This document shows, in pieces, positions 31,942 to 41,549 of a DNA stretch of 64,000 nucleotides. Position 1 is the first letter of the stretch; each line of letters starts with the position of its first letter. The stretch comes from an uncultured Acidobacteriota bacterium (lineage in GTDB: Bacteria; Acidobacteriota; Thermoanaerobaculia; Multivoradales; UBA5704): assembly GCA_963770895.1 (NCBI GenBank), contig CAVYRF010000001.1, forward strand, positions 1,696,001 to 1,760,000, in the 5' to 3' direction. Position numbers and translations under genes: made by a program. The notes below the pieces were generated by a model. The model did not search any database. It was not told the DNA's origin and saw only the letters and a program-made list of their open reading frames with translations.

Positions 31942-32496
31942 TTACTTGCCAGCCTGCGGCGGCGCCTCTTCCTTCAGCATGCCGGTGATCAGCTTGCGCA
32001 GGTAGGCCTCATCCTCCAGGTTGGCCTCGCCCTTGGGGAGGCTCTGCGCGCGGATGACGCCGGCGCGATCGATCACCACCAGCTGCGGCACCTGCATGCG
32101 ATCGGCGGCGCCGCGGCCCAAAAAGGCGTCCACCTTGTCGGCGGAGGTGAAGCCGACGGGAAACGTGATCCGTGAGCGGGTCACGAAGTCGGCCACCAGC
32201 GGTCCGTTGACGTCGTTGTCGAACGCCACGGCGACCGGCGTGAAGCCGTTCGGGTCCAGCTCTTTGCGCAGCTTGTCGAGCGTCTGGGCCAGGCGCCAGC
32301 AGTGTGGGCAGTGGGTGAGCAGGAACTCGACGACGACCACCTTTCCCTTGAGCGCCGGCAGCGAGATCGCCGGCTTGGCGGGCGGCGCCGACAGCGGCAG
32401 GTCGCCGGCCGGCCGCGGCACCGGCGCGGCGGCGCCCATCCAAAGCGCGGCGACCATCAAGATCAAGACTGCCGTGGCGCGGTTGCGTGCAATCAT
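31942..32496 (-). CDS. Exported TlpA-like thioredoxin-fold protein
   Basis: LKGKVVVVEFLLTHCPHC, VPQLVVIDRAG. Confidence 0.88.
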   Translation of the reverse strand: MIARNRATAVLILMVAALWMGAAAPVPRPAGDLPLSAPPAKPAISLPALKGKVVVVEFLLTHCPHCWRLAQTLDKLRKELDPNGFTPVAVAFDNDVNGPLVADFVTRSRITFPVGFTSADKVDAFLGRGAADRMQVPQLVVIDRAGVIRAQSLPKGEANLEDEAYLRKLITGMLKEEAPPQAGK

Positions 32497-32527
32497 AGGA
32501 TCGACCCCCTCATGAAAGAGATGTGCG

Positions 32528-33892
32528 TCAAGCTTGCTGCCAGGTGTCAGCGATCCGTTTCACCTCTTCCTCCGCCGTGTGCGCCGCCTCGTCGGGATTC
32601 TGTTCGCCCTTGAGAACACGTAGGAACATCCGCGGCACGACGAAGGTGTTGAACGCTTCCATCGCCACCGGGTTGGCGAATCCGGGATAGCCGAGGTTGG
32701 TGGTCCAGTGCAGCGCGTCCTTGAGCTCCTTGTACTTGTAAGGCGGCTCGCCGCGCGCATCGTTTTCCAACCGGACGATGAGGTTCGGCACCGTTTTTTG
32801 AAAGATCGGAAAGTTACAGCCCAGCGTCTGCTCGTAGATGACCCTGGAGCTGTCGATCATGTCGACCAGGAACTGCCGCGCCGCCGCGCCGTTGTCGGCA
32901 AAATTCCACACTGTCGAGCAGTTGGTGGCGTGGGGAAACGCCATGATGCCGGTGACGCCGAGCAGCGGCGGGCTCAGGCGCATCTGCCTGGCCGCTTCGG
33001 GGTTCTCCTTTTCGGCCATGCGCAGCACGGCGATCGAGCCGACGGTGCAGGAGGTCTGGCGCGCCACCATGGCGCGCAGGTTGGCCGCCGACCCCCAGGC
33101 CAGCTGTTCGGCGGCGCCGGCTTCGTCGACCAGCTTTTTGACGTACTTGAGCGCCGCCTGGGTGCGGGAGCCGCGATTGATCAGGATATTGCCGGCGGCG
33201 TCCAGCACGCTGCCGCCAAAGGAGCAGAGCAGGCCGTTCAGGGTGATGTTGCCTTCCAGGGTCGGCGTCAGCGCCAGGCCGCAGGGCGCGCCCAGCTGGG
33301 AGCGGATTCTGCCGCCGCCGCTGGCCAGCCCGTTGTAGTGCGTCGGCCCCAGCGGCATCTTGACCGCGCCCCACGAGTCCGCAAAGTAGTGGATCGGCGT
33401 CGGCAGCCACGAATCGGCGAAGGCATAGTACCGTTTGCTCTTGGGATCGAACGTGGAGCGGTGCCCCAGCCGGTCGATCGAGCCGTGCTTGAAGCTGACG
33501 TCCTGGTAGACCACCGCGTGATCGATCGCATGGCGCGCGAACTCGGCCGGCGGCCAGGGAAACATGAACAGGTCGTGTCCCTTGCCGGCAGCCGTTTCGG
33601 CGGCGGCGCGCGCATGGACTTCCTCCACCGGGATGAGATCGACGATCACCTTGGTGTCGTTGCGCTCGCCCCACTGCTTGGCCAGCACCTGCTCGAACCA
33701 CACGTCGTACTCGGGAATGAAATGCGCCCACTTGGCGATCTTCAAGGTGCCCGGCGCGAGCGAGGCGCCGGCGCGGCCTGCGGTCAGCAGCGCCGGTCCC
33801 GCCGCGGTGGCGGCCGCCGCCGTGCCCGCCGCCAGCCGCAGGAAGTCCCGCCGCGACACGCCTCGCTGCTGCGGCGGCGTCGTGCTTGCCAT
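32528..33892 (-). CDS. Tat-exported extracellular solute-binding protein
   Basis: SRRDFL twin-arginine motif, family-1 SBP-like sequence, GGAGG RBS. Confidence 0.8.
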   Translation of the reverse strand: MASTTPPQQRGVSRRDFLRLAAGTAAAATAAGPALLTAGRAGASLAPGTLKIAKWAHFIPEYDVWFEQVLAKQWGERNDTKVIVDLIPVEEVHARAAAETAAGKGHDLFMFPWPPAEFARHAIDHAVVYQDVSFKHGSIDRLGHRSTFDPKSKRYYAFADSWLPTPIHYFADSWGAVKMPLGPTHYNGLASGGGRIRSQLGAPCGLALTPTLEGNITLNGLLCSFGGSVLDAAGNILINRGSRTQAALKYVKKLVDEAGAAEQLAWGSAANLRAMVARQTSCTVGSIAVLRMAEKENPEAARQMRLSPPLLGVTGIMAFPHATNCSTVWNFADNGAAARQFLVDMIDSSRVIYEQTLGCNFPIFQKTVPNLIVRLENDARGEPPYKYKELKDALHWTTNLGYPGFANPVAMEAFNTFVVPRMFLRVLKGEQNPDEAAHTAEEEVKRIADTWQQA

Positions 33893-33988
33893 CTGCTTGC
33901 TCCTCCCGTTACCGCGCCTGTTCCAAAGCCGGCCATGGAGCCGCACCGGCGATCGCGCGCGACCGCCGGCTTTGCGTCTACGGAGCGT

Positions 33989-35188
33989 CTACCGCATGCT
34001 GCTCGCGGGGGCCGGCAGGATGCCCTGCGCCACCGCCGCGTTTTGCTGCGTCGGCGTCAATTCCGCGCAGTATGCCCCAAAGAACTGCAGGCAGAGGAAG
34101 TCGGCCAGGATGTGCACGTCGACCGGGAGGCCGTTCGGCTGGCTGACGTGATCGAGGAACGCGTCCAGCGTGATCGCCCCGTTGCGCGGATCGGGCAGCG
34201 CCGGGCAGATGAGCCACACCGAGCCGCCGTCGGCGCCGCCCGGATCCTCGTTGCCTTCCATGGCGCAACCCGGACTGGGCGGATTGGTACCCAGGAAGCC
34301 TGGAATCGGATTGGAGCCGACCACCTGGCCCTCCAGGAAGTTCAGCTCGTCCGGCGTCTTGATGATCGGGGTGCCGTCCAGGGTGAGGCCGTTTTTCTGC
34401 TGCAACGACGCCAGCATCGCGTGGCACTGCGCGGTCTGGTGCGGGCCGAAGCCGGTGTCCATGTACCAGAAGTAGGTGATGATCCACATGCCGAGCAGGT
34501 CGTCGCAGAAGTAGCCGAAGGGGGCGCTGCCGTCCACGGCGTTGCGGTTGGTGGCGAAGCGCCAGTCCTGCCGCAGGGTTGGCGTGGCGACGCTGGTCAC
34601 CGGGAAGCACGGCTTGGTGCCGTCGCCCATGGTGCCGCAGGGGGTGCCGGCGAAGACGCCGTTGACGAACTGTTTGGGCGCGGCGTAGGCCTCGAAGTTG
34701 CCGACGATGTCGACCATCTGCAGGCCGCGCGCGTTGGCGACGCCGGTGAAGAAGTTCTGATTCAGGACAAAGGCGATGATCGAGATGAACTGCGTCGGTG
34801 CCGTCGGGTCGTCGCTGTAGCCGCCGGTGGTCGCCAGGATGCGGATGTTCTTGCGATCGGGGTCGTCGACGGAGTTGTCCACCACCCAGTTCACCTGGCC
34901 GTGGCCGGCCGGTGGACCGGTCTGGCGGAAGAAGCCGAAGCGTGCCGCCGCCGCCGTGTCGAGCTCGGTCAGGTTGATGCCGTTGGCGGTATAGAACGCA
35001 TCGTTGAAGTCGAACGGGGGGGCGTTGAACACCGGGAAATTGAGGAAGCCGGGCGGCTCCGCGGGCGCCGCGCCCGCGGCTTGCGCCGCAAGCCGGGTCG
35101 CCGGGGCCAGCCAAAGCAGCAGCAGTGCCACCACTGTCAAAGCCGCGACGCGGGCAGCGAGCGGCCTGTTGTCGATCGTCCTGTTCAC
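33989..35188 (-). CDS. Secreted hypothetical protein in the MCO operon
   Basis: GGAGGAGG RBS, GTG start, signal peptide, several Cys. Confidence 0.8.
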   Translation of the reverse strand: MNRTIDNRPLAARVAALTVVALLLLWLAPATRLAAQAAGAAPAEPPGFLNFPVFNAPPFDFNDAFYTANGINLTELDTAAAARFGFFRQTGPPAGHGQVNWVVDNSVDDPDRKNIRILATTGGYSDDPTAPTQFISIIAFVLNQNFFTGVANARGLQMVDIVGNFEAYAAPKQFVNGVFAGTPCGTMGDGTKPCFPVTSVATPTLRQDWRFATNRNAVDGSAPFGYFCDDLLGMWIITYFWYMDTGFGPHQTAQCHAMLASLQQKNGLTLDGTPIIKTPDELNFLEGQVVGSNPIPGFLGTNPPSPGCAMEGNEDPGGADGGSVWLICPALPDPRNGAITLDAFLDHVSQPNGLPVDVHILADFLCLQFFGAYCAELTPTQQNAAVAQGILPAPASSMR

Positions 35189-35336
35189 AAATCTATCCTC
35201 CTCCGAGCGGCCCGGCCGGCGCCTGTCGCCAGGCGATGCGGGCCCCCGGAATCACGAGTTTTGACAAACTGAACGCCAGGGTCGATGGTCTCCATCGCGG
35301 AAGCCTGCGCTCGCGGCAGCGCCGTGAGCCGTCGCT

Positions 35337-35975
35337 TCACGCGCCCGTCCTCGCCGCATCCGGATGGATCATCCAGCCGACCGATTCGGCGATCCATTCG
35401 GCACGCGCCTGTCCGGGGCAGGCCCCCCACAGCATCAGCGGCTCGTTGCCGTAGCGGATGTTGCCGATGTGCTGGTTGACGTCCTGATCCAGCTTGACGT
35501 CCGGATTGGTGAAGCCCAGGCTGCGGCGCAGCCGTTCGACGTCGCCGCGGTCGCCGGTCAGGAACGTCCAGCCCGGACCCGCGCCGTGCATCTTGGCGAA
35601 GGCCTTCAACACGTCGGGCCGGTCCTGATCGGGCTTGAGCGTGATCGAGGTCATGAACACCTCGCGACCGACCTTGTCGCCCAGCAGGTGCTGCACCTTG
35701 GCGAGGTTGGCCATGACCAGCGGACAGATCTCCTTGCATTCGGCAAAGAAGAAGTTGATCGTCACCACCTTGTCCTTCACCAGGTCGTCATACAGGCGCA
35801 CCGGCTGATCGTCCTGGTTGCGCAGCACGACGTCGGGGAAGTAGCGCTGACGGATGCGATCGCGCGGCGCCGAGGGGGTGAACTGCGTTGCTTCCGCAGC
35901 TCTTCCCAGGACGGTTCCCGCCAGGGGAGCCAGCGCCGCCAGACCGAGAAGCTTGCGTCTTGAAGGCTGTTGCAT
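35337..35975 (-). CDS. SCO/SenC family copper chaperone (Tat-like signal)
   Basis: SRRKLL, INFFFAECKEICP (CxxxC), GWTFLTG, conserved His in NQHIG. Confidence 0.92.
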   Translation of the reverse strand: MQQPSRRKLLGLAALAPLAGTVLGRAAEATQFTPSAPRDRIRQRYFPDVVLRNQDDQPVRLYDDLVKDKVVTINFFFAECKEICPLVMANLAKVQHLLGDKVGREVFMTSITLKPDQDRPDVLKAFAKMHGAGPGWTFLTGDRGDVERLRRSLGFTNPDVKLDQDVNQHIGNIRYGNEPLMLWGACPGQARAEWIAESVGWMIHPDAARTGA

Positions 35976-36000
35976 AACCTTTGCTCCCTCCTTGGCCCGG

Positions 36001-37890
36001 CTACGGCACCAGGACGTTGTCCCCTTCGGGTTGGACGTGCCACAGGGCCATCATGGCGTGGTCTTCGTGCACGACGTTGTGGCAGTGGATCGGATACTTG
36101 CCCAGCCAATCGCGGAAGCGGAAGAACAGCAGCACGCGCTCGTTGGGATGGAGCTGCGTCACGTCCTTGCGCGAACGTTCGACGGCGAGCGGCGGCGGCA
36201 CCCGGTTGCGGGAGAGGATCTGGTGCTCTTCCAGGTGGATGTGGACCGGGTGGGTCCAATCGCCGGTGAGGTTCAACAAGATGAAGTTTTCGACGCTGTT
36301 CTGCTGCACCGTGAAGCGGAACGTGCCGCAGTCCATGAACTGGCCGTTGACCGACCACTGGCCGTTCAAGCGGTCGAACTTGAAGGTGCGGGTGATGCGC
36401 GGCGCGGCGTTGGTGCTCGGCAGTTGATAGAACGTCTGGGTCGCCGGGTTGGCGCTGCCGTCGTGCACCGCCGTGCCGCTCACCCTGAACTGCAGCAGCA
36501 GGTTACCCTGGCCCGCCGGGAGCACCGTGGGTACCGGGTTGCCGTTGGCGTCGGTGCATTCGCCGGCGTTGACCGGGCCCATGCCGTTGAGTTGATTCAG
36601 GCGGTTTTCCAGGTACATCGTCTTGCCGGCGTACTGGCTGAAGTCGATGATCACGTCCATGCGCTCGGCCGGGCCGATGCGGGCGCTGGTCACCTGCACC
36701 GGAGCGGGCAGCAGGTTGCCGTCGTTGGCGATCACCCAATACGGGTTGGTGGCGCCCAGATTGTTCAGGTTGGTCAGGTAGTACTCGTAGAAGCGCGACG
36801 GCCCGGTGTCGAGCAGGCGGAAGCGGTAGCGCCGCGGCTCGACGTTCAGATAGGGCTGGATCTGGCCGTTGACCAGGAACTTGTCGCCCAGGATGCCGTC
36901 CAGGCTGAACAGATCGAAGGCCAACTCGCCGCTCGAAGGGTCGTAGACCTTGTCGGCGAACACCAGCGGGATGTCGAACTGCGGGAAGCTGGGCAGCCGG
37001 AAGCCGGTGCTTTCGTTGCCGGTGTCGTACTGATTGAACAGCAGGTAGTACCCGACCAGTCCCTTGTAGGTGTTCTGCGACGTGAAGTCGACGCGGTGGT
37101 CGTGGTACCACAGGGTGCTGAGCGCCTCGTTGACGTCGCCGTTCGGCTTGTGATCGGAGTTGAAGCCGGCCAGGACGTTGGGGTAGTACTGGTCGCAGAA
37201 GTTGCCGATGCCGTAGAAGTCGCAGGGGTTGCCGTCGCTTTCCGACGGGTTGTGCGCGTTGTGCAGGTGGGTGGTCACCGATGGCATGCCGAAGCCGCCG
37301 TTTTGACTCACCGGCGGCAGCGCGTTGGTGTTGCGCGTCAGCTGCGGTACGCCGTAGTTGGCGACGTAGGTCGGACCGGGGCTGGAGATGTGCACGCCGT
37401 CGCTGAAGGCCCAGATGGTCTGCGGCGGCAGGTCCGGCGACTGCGACACCTGCGTCATCTTCTGGGTGAAGTGATACAGCCTGGGCGGCGGGAAGGGGAA
37501 GCCCAGGGCCGGCGCCTGGTGGGGCGCCGAGCGCACCTCGCCGGCGGCGGTGTTGGGTGCGATGGTCGGCGCCGGGCTGAGCGAGCTCACCGTCTGGGCG
37601 ATCGGCATGATCGTCAGCGGTTCGATGAACAACCGCGTTGGCGGGCTGGCCGGCAGGCCGGCCCCGGCGCACAGATTGGGGATCCCCTGCTGAAAGGTCT
37701 GCGCGAACGCGCGGCTGCTCAAGCCGTTCTTGAGAATCAGCATGCCGCTGGCGCTGAGCAGACCCATCTTGAACAGGTCCCGCCGGCTGGTCAGGCCCGC
37801 GGCGATCAGCTCGCGCCGATTGTTGGCGGCGTTGAGCATCTCGCGGTACCGCCTCCTCGACACCTTCTCGCCTAAAGAGTTGTAATACAT
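36001..37890 (-). CDS. Multicopper oxidase (bilirubin oxidase/CotA-like)
   Basis: All four Cu motifs present: THLHN, WYHDH, HPVHIH, HCHNVVHEDHAMM; SRRDLF Tat-like motif. Confidence 0.95.
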   Translation of the reverse strand: MYYNSLGEKVSRRRYREMLNAANNRRELIAAGLTSRRDLFKMGLLSASGMLILKNGLSSRAFAQTFQQGIPNLCAGAGLPASPPTRLFIEPLTIMPIAQTVSSLSPAPTIAPNTAAGEVRSAPHQAPALGFPFPPPRLYHFTQKMTQVSQSPDLPPQTIWAFSDGVHISSPGPTYVANYGVPQLTRNTNALPPVSQNGGFGMPSVTTHLHNAHNPSESDGNPCDFYGIGNFCDQYYPNVLAGFNSDHKPNGDVNEALSTLWYHDHRVDFTSQNTYKGLVGYYLLFNQYDTGNESTGFRLPSFPQFDIPLVFADKVYDPSSGELAFDLFSLDGILGDKFLVNGQIQPYLNVEPRRYRFRLLDTGPSRFYEYYLTNLNNLGATNPYWVIANDGNLLPAPVQVTSARIGPAERMDVIIDFSQYAGKTMYLENRLNQLNGMGPVNAGECTDANGNPVPTVLPAGQGNLLLQFRVSGTAVHDGSANPATQTFYQLPSTNAAPRITRTFKFDRLNGQWSVNGQFMDCGTFRFTVQQNSVENFILLNLTGDWTHPVHIHLEEHQILSRNRVPPPLAVERSRKDVTQLHPNERVLLFFRFRDWLGKYPIHCHNVVHEDHAMMALWHVQPEGDNVLVP

Positions 37891-38186
37891 GCCTTGCCCC
37901 CCTTTACTGCCACTCCATGATTGCCAACGTGCCGGCCGGCACGATGCCGTCAACGTCTCGCCGGCATGCCTGCGCTCACCGCCGGCCCAGGCCCCACGGA
38001 CGTGGGACCTGCGGTGGCGTCGTGTTATCGCTCAACCCAGCTTGCGATGGGCTTGAAAGCAGATTGGACGGCTATTTGGCAAAATGTGAGCTCCCCCAGA
38101 GCTCAGCGATACTCCCCGCCGGAAATCCCAGCTGAAAGGAGGTTCGCCAGTGTCGCGTTGCGCGATCGACTTTGAAAGCGACTGCG

Positions 38187-38215
38187 AAACTACAGGCTGC
38201 TAAGAATATTGTCAA
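38187..38215 (-). promoter_or_regulatory. Putative sigma-70 promoter for the MCO operon
   Basis: Minus strand TTGACA-17 bp-TAGTTT in an AT-rich stretch. Confidence 0.55.
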
Positions 38216-38677
38216 CACCCAATGTGAAATTTTTATAAGACGGTTCGCAGAACTTATTTCACCAGTAACTCAGTCTCTCAAAGAAAGGCTCCCGCCCTAT
38301 GTGCTGCAGCAATAATTAAGGTCGCGTTGCGATAGAAAGATGGGCGCGGATGTATGTTCCCACGCTCAATTTGCTGCGCCACAAGGACGGCATCCATGCG
38401 TGCAGGCACGACGGCCGCGGTGTGTGATCGAAGAGGCCCGGCTCGGTGCGGATCTGCGCCCAGAGACAGTGCCGCGGACGACCCCTCTCCTTGTACCAAC
38501 AAACATCGTTGCACGATCTACATGCGATGAAAGTGCGGATTTACATCGGGCGGGGCCGGGCAAGCGGTGGCGCGAAACCAAGCAGCCCTGACACCACAGG
38601 TTCGGCCTGGCCTCGCCGCGCAGGCCGCAGTGGCCGGGTGCGGGCCGCAGTGGCCGGGCGCGGGCCGTTCGCCGCGC

Positions 38678-38882
38678 GCAGGCCGGCCGCTTGGCGCAGG
38701 CCGGTCGCTTGGCAGGCCGGTCGCTTGGCGCAGGCCGGTCGCCTGGCGCAGGCCGCGGTTACCAAGGCGCTGGCCCCGGTCGCCTGGCGCAGGCCGCGGT
38801 TACCAAGGCGCTGGCCGCGGTCGCCTGGCGCGGGGCGCGGTTACCAGGGCGCAGGGCCGCGGTCGCCAGGGCGCAGGCCGCG
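38678..38882. repeat. GC-rich intergenic tandem repeat array
   Basis: ~18-bp GGCCGGTCGCTTGGCGCA units followed by 41-bp units at 38736, 38777 and 38818 (last one degenerate). Confidence 0.75.
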
Positions 38883-38976
38883 CCGTCGCCGTGCACAGGC
38901 CGCGGGGTCGCTGGTAACATCGCGGGGCGTAGAGACGCCAGAAGACGATGGGTGCTTACGACCAAAGGAGCCGTTC

Positions 38977-39915
38977 ATGCGAGTACGTCTGTTTGCTCAA
39001 CAAGCCGCGGTCCTGGCGGCCCTGGCGGCGTCGCTGCTCGTCCCAGGGTCCGCCGCCGGGGCGGTCACCTATGACGTGGCGGCGAGCTGTGCGTTTTCCG
39101 CCGACCCCGGCGACGACGTGAGCCGCGGGTTTTACGTCACCAATTACGGCGCGACCAACCTGGGAGAGGTCGAGCTGCTGTACAGCGCCAGCGTCGACGG
39201 CTTTTACCGGGTCGTGCTGGAGGCGCACCGCGGCTCCTTCGACGGGCCGCTCATCGGCTCGCCGCAGATCGCGACCCCCTTCGTGGTTTCGACCAGCCAG
39301 ACCTTTACGCTGTTCGACTTCAACGGCGCCCCCGTCACGCCGGGCGACACCATCGCCTTCACCCAGACCTATCAGCAGATCTCGGGGGGAACCACCGGCA
39401 GCTTGACCTACAACATCGGCAGCCCGGGCCAGAACTGCCCCGACGTCTTCGAAACCAACGGCACCAGCCCGCCCCTGGACTCCTTCCGGCGGCATGCCTT
39501 GGGCCTGCTGATCCGGTCGCAGGTCGCCAGCACCTCCTGCGTCGCCTCCGACACCGTGATGTGCATCGACGGTGTGCCCGGCGACCAGCGATTCCAGGTC
39601 TCGGTCACCTACAAGACTTCGCAAGGCGGCGGCTCGTCGGGGAGCGGCCAGGAGATTCCGCTGACGCCGCTCGGCGTGAGCCACGGCGGCCTGATGTGGT
39701 TCTTCGACTCCACCAATCCCGAGATGGTGCTCAAGATCCTCAACGGCTGCCTGGTCAACGGCAAGTACTGGGTCTTCATCTCGGCGGGAACCAACGTCGG
39801 GTTCGAGGTGACGATCACCGACACGCTCTTCCACAAGACCGTGACCTACAGCAACCCCGACCTCACGCCGGCAGTGCCGGTCGAGGATGTCGGCGCCCTG
39901 CCGGGTTGCGTGTAA
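38977..39915 (+). CDS. Secreted protein with conserved C-terminal domain
   Basis: AAGGAG RBS, signal peptide, C-terminal CVASDTVMC..RFQV..WFFDSTNPEMVLKILNGC..YWVF..TNV. Confidence 0.85.
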   Translation: MRVRLFAQQAAVLAALAASLLVPGSAAGAVTYDVAASCAFSADPGDDVSRGFYVTNYGATNLGEVELLYSASVDGFYRVVLEAHRGSFDGPLIGSPQIATPFVVSTSQTFTLFDFNGAPVTPGDTIAFTQTYQQISGGTTGSLTYNIGSPGQNCPDVFETNGTSPPLDSFRRHALGLLIRSQVASTSCVASDTVMCIDGVPGDQRFQVSVTYKTSQGGGSSGSGQEIPLTPLGVSHGGLMWFFDSTNPEMVLKILNGCLVNGKYWVFISAGTNVGFEVTITDTLFHKTVTYSNPDLTPAVPVEDVGALPGCV

Positions 39916-40061
39916 GCGGCCGCCGGGCCTGCTCACCTGTCAGCCGCGCGCGGCGTCGAAAGCCGGCGCCGCGCGGAGTCGATCGCGGAGTCGTTGCCCA
40001 GGAAGCGTGCGGCCTGGGCCTGGCCCATCCCAGTGCCTGCCGGCGACCTGCCGCCGGGAGC

Positions 40062-40604
40062 TTACGGCTGCGGCTGGCTGGGGGCCGCGCCGCTGCCGGC
40101 GCTGCCGTTGGTGGCGGCGTCGCTGTCGCTGCCACTGCCGCTGTTGGGATCGACGATGGCGAAGCGCTCGGTGTCGACCTTCTGGCCGCCCACCGAGAGG
40201 TCGGCGTGGTAGTCGCCCTTGGCCCAGCCGCTGGTCTGCTTGACGAAGTCCATGGTGTGCTGGCCCTTGCTCACGGTCTTGTCGTCGCCGCCCAGCGAAT
40301 CGCCGTTGGGGCCGACCCAATCGACGTGCACCGGCGTGCCGACCGGCGCCTTGCCGATGGTCAGGGCGACCATGACCGGCTGGCCGATGGTGAAGTTGTT
40401 GCCCTTCTGGTCGCCGGCGATCGAGCCGTCGGCGCCCACCTGGTGCCCCACCGACACGTCGGCCAGAGAAGCCTGCGCCTGGCGCGAGGTCATCTCGCCC
40501 GGCGGCATCTGGTTGGCCGATGCATCGTCGTGACAGGCCGCTACCGTCAGCGGCAGCGCCGCCACCATGAGGGATGCCATCCAAAGGCTTTTTTTCGTCT
40601 TCAT
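40062..40604 (-). CDS. Lipoprotein with a beta-sandwich-like domain
   Basis: Lipobox VAAC; GWAKGDYHADL. Confidence 0.8.
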   Translation of the reverse strand: MKTKKSLWMASLMVAALPLTVAACHDDASANQMPPGEMTSRQAQASLADVSVGHQVGADGSIAGDQKGNNFTIGQPVMVALTIGKAPVGTPVHVDWVGPNGDSLGGDDKTVSKGQHTMDFVKQTSGWAKGDYHADLSVGGQKVDTERFAIVDPNSGSGSDSDAATNGSAGSGAAPSQPQP

Positions 40605-40745
40605 CTCCAGCCTCCTGACTTGGAAGAATCACGTTGAAGGTACCGGCCGGCTCGACTGTTGCGTGCCCGATGCGCCGACGGTACCGGCTAGAGCTGCAAC
40701 CTGGCGGCGCCGCTGCTGCTGCCGGCGCCCACGCCATGATGGAGA

Positions 40746-40761
40746 GGCAATCAGCGTGCCA
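40746..40761 (-). promoter_or_regulatory. Putative sigma-54 promoter
   Basis: TGGCAC-GCTGA-TTGCC on the minus strand upstream of the lipoprotein gene. Confidence 0.7.
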
Positions 40762-40836
40762 GGTACCGGGTAATGTCCGCCGGCGCGAGCTCGCCACCGC
40801 CGCCTCCGGCCGCATCTTGATCTACAATCGCCAGGC

Positions 40837-41316
40837 ATGAGCGACGACCTCGCGTCCACCCCCGGCCCGACCGATTGGCGGCACCATGGGGTCAAGGTGA
40901 TCCCCGGCAACGCGCTGGACTCCAACACCCCGCAGACCCCCGGCATGAGCCGCGCGGCGGCGATCAGCTTCGCCCGCTGCGGGGCGCAGAAGCTGTGGGC
41001 CGGCACGGTGCAGATCCATCCCAACGCCAAGACCGGCGCCCACCACCACGGCGCCCTCGAAAGCGTGATCTACGTGCTCAAGGGGCGCGCCCGCATGCGC
41101 TGGGGAGACCAGCTGGAATTCGTCGCCGAAGCGGGGCCCGGCGACTTCATCTTCGTGCCGCCCTACGTGCCGCACCAGGAGATCAACGCCTCCACCGAAG
41201 AGCCGCTGGAATGCGTGCTGGTGCGCAGCGACAACGAAGCCGTGGTGGTCAACCTGGACATCGAACCGGCGGAGAAGCCCGAACAGGTGCGCTGGGTCGA
41301 CCCGATCCATCGCTGA
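40837..41316 (+). CDS. Cupin domain protein
   Basis: HHHGALESVIYVLKG, GDFIFVPPYVPHQEIN. Confidence 0.93.
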   Translation: MSDDLASTPGPTDWRHHGVKVIPGNALDSNTPQTPGMSRAAAISFARCGAQKLWAGTVQIHPNAKTGAHHHGALESVIYVLKGRARMRWGDQLEFVAEAGPGDFIFVPPYVPHQEINASTEEPLECVLVRSDNEAVVVNLDIEPAEKPEQVRWVDPIHR

Positions 41317-41343
41317 CCTGGCCGGATCAAGGGAGCTTGCAAC

Positions 41344-41544
41344 ATGTGGGGATTCATCGCCTGGCTGATCCTGCTCGTGGTCTACTGGCCGCTCGCGCTG
41401 CTGGCGCTGGTGCTCTATCCGATCGTCTGGCTGCTGCTGCTGCCGTTCCGCCTGGTCGGCATCACCTTCGAAGCGGTCTTCGTGCTGCTGAAGTCGATCC
41501 TCTTTCTGCCCGCCCGCCTGCTCGGCGAGCACCGCAACCGCTGA
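41344..41544 (+). CDS. Small hydrophobic membrane protein
   Basis: GGAG RBS; WPLALLALVLYPIVWLLLLPFRLVG. Confidence 0.75.
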   Translation: MWGFIAWLILLVVYWPLALLALVLYPIVWLLLLPFRLVGITFEAVFVLLKSILFLPARLLGEHRNR

Positions 41545-41549
41545 GGCCA

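Noticed and set aside
38678-38882. Possible CRISPR array (also 23506-23604 and 26164-26202)
   Set aside because: The repeats are head-to-tail with no unique spacers, and no cas genes are present.
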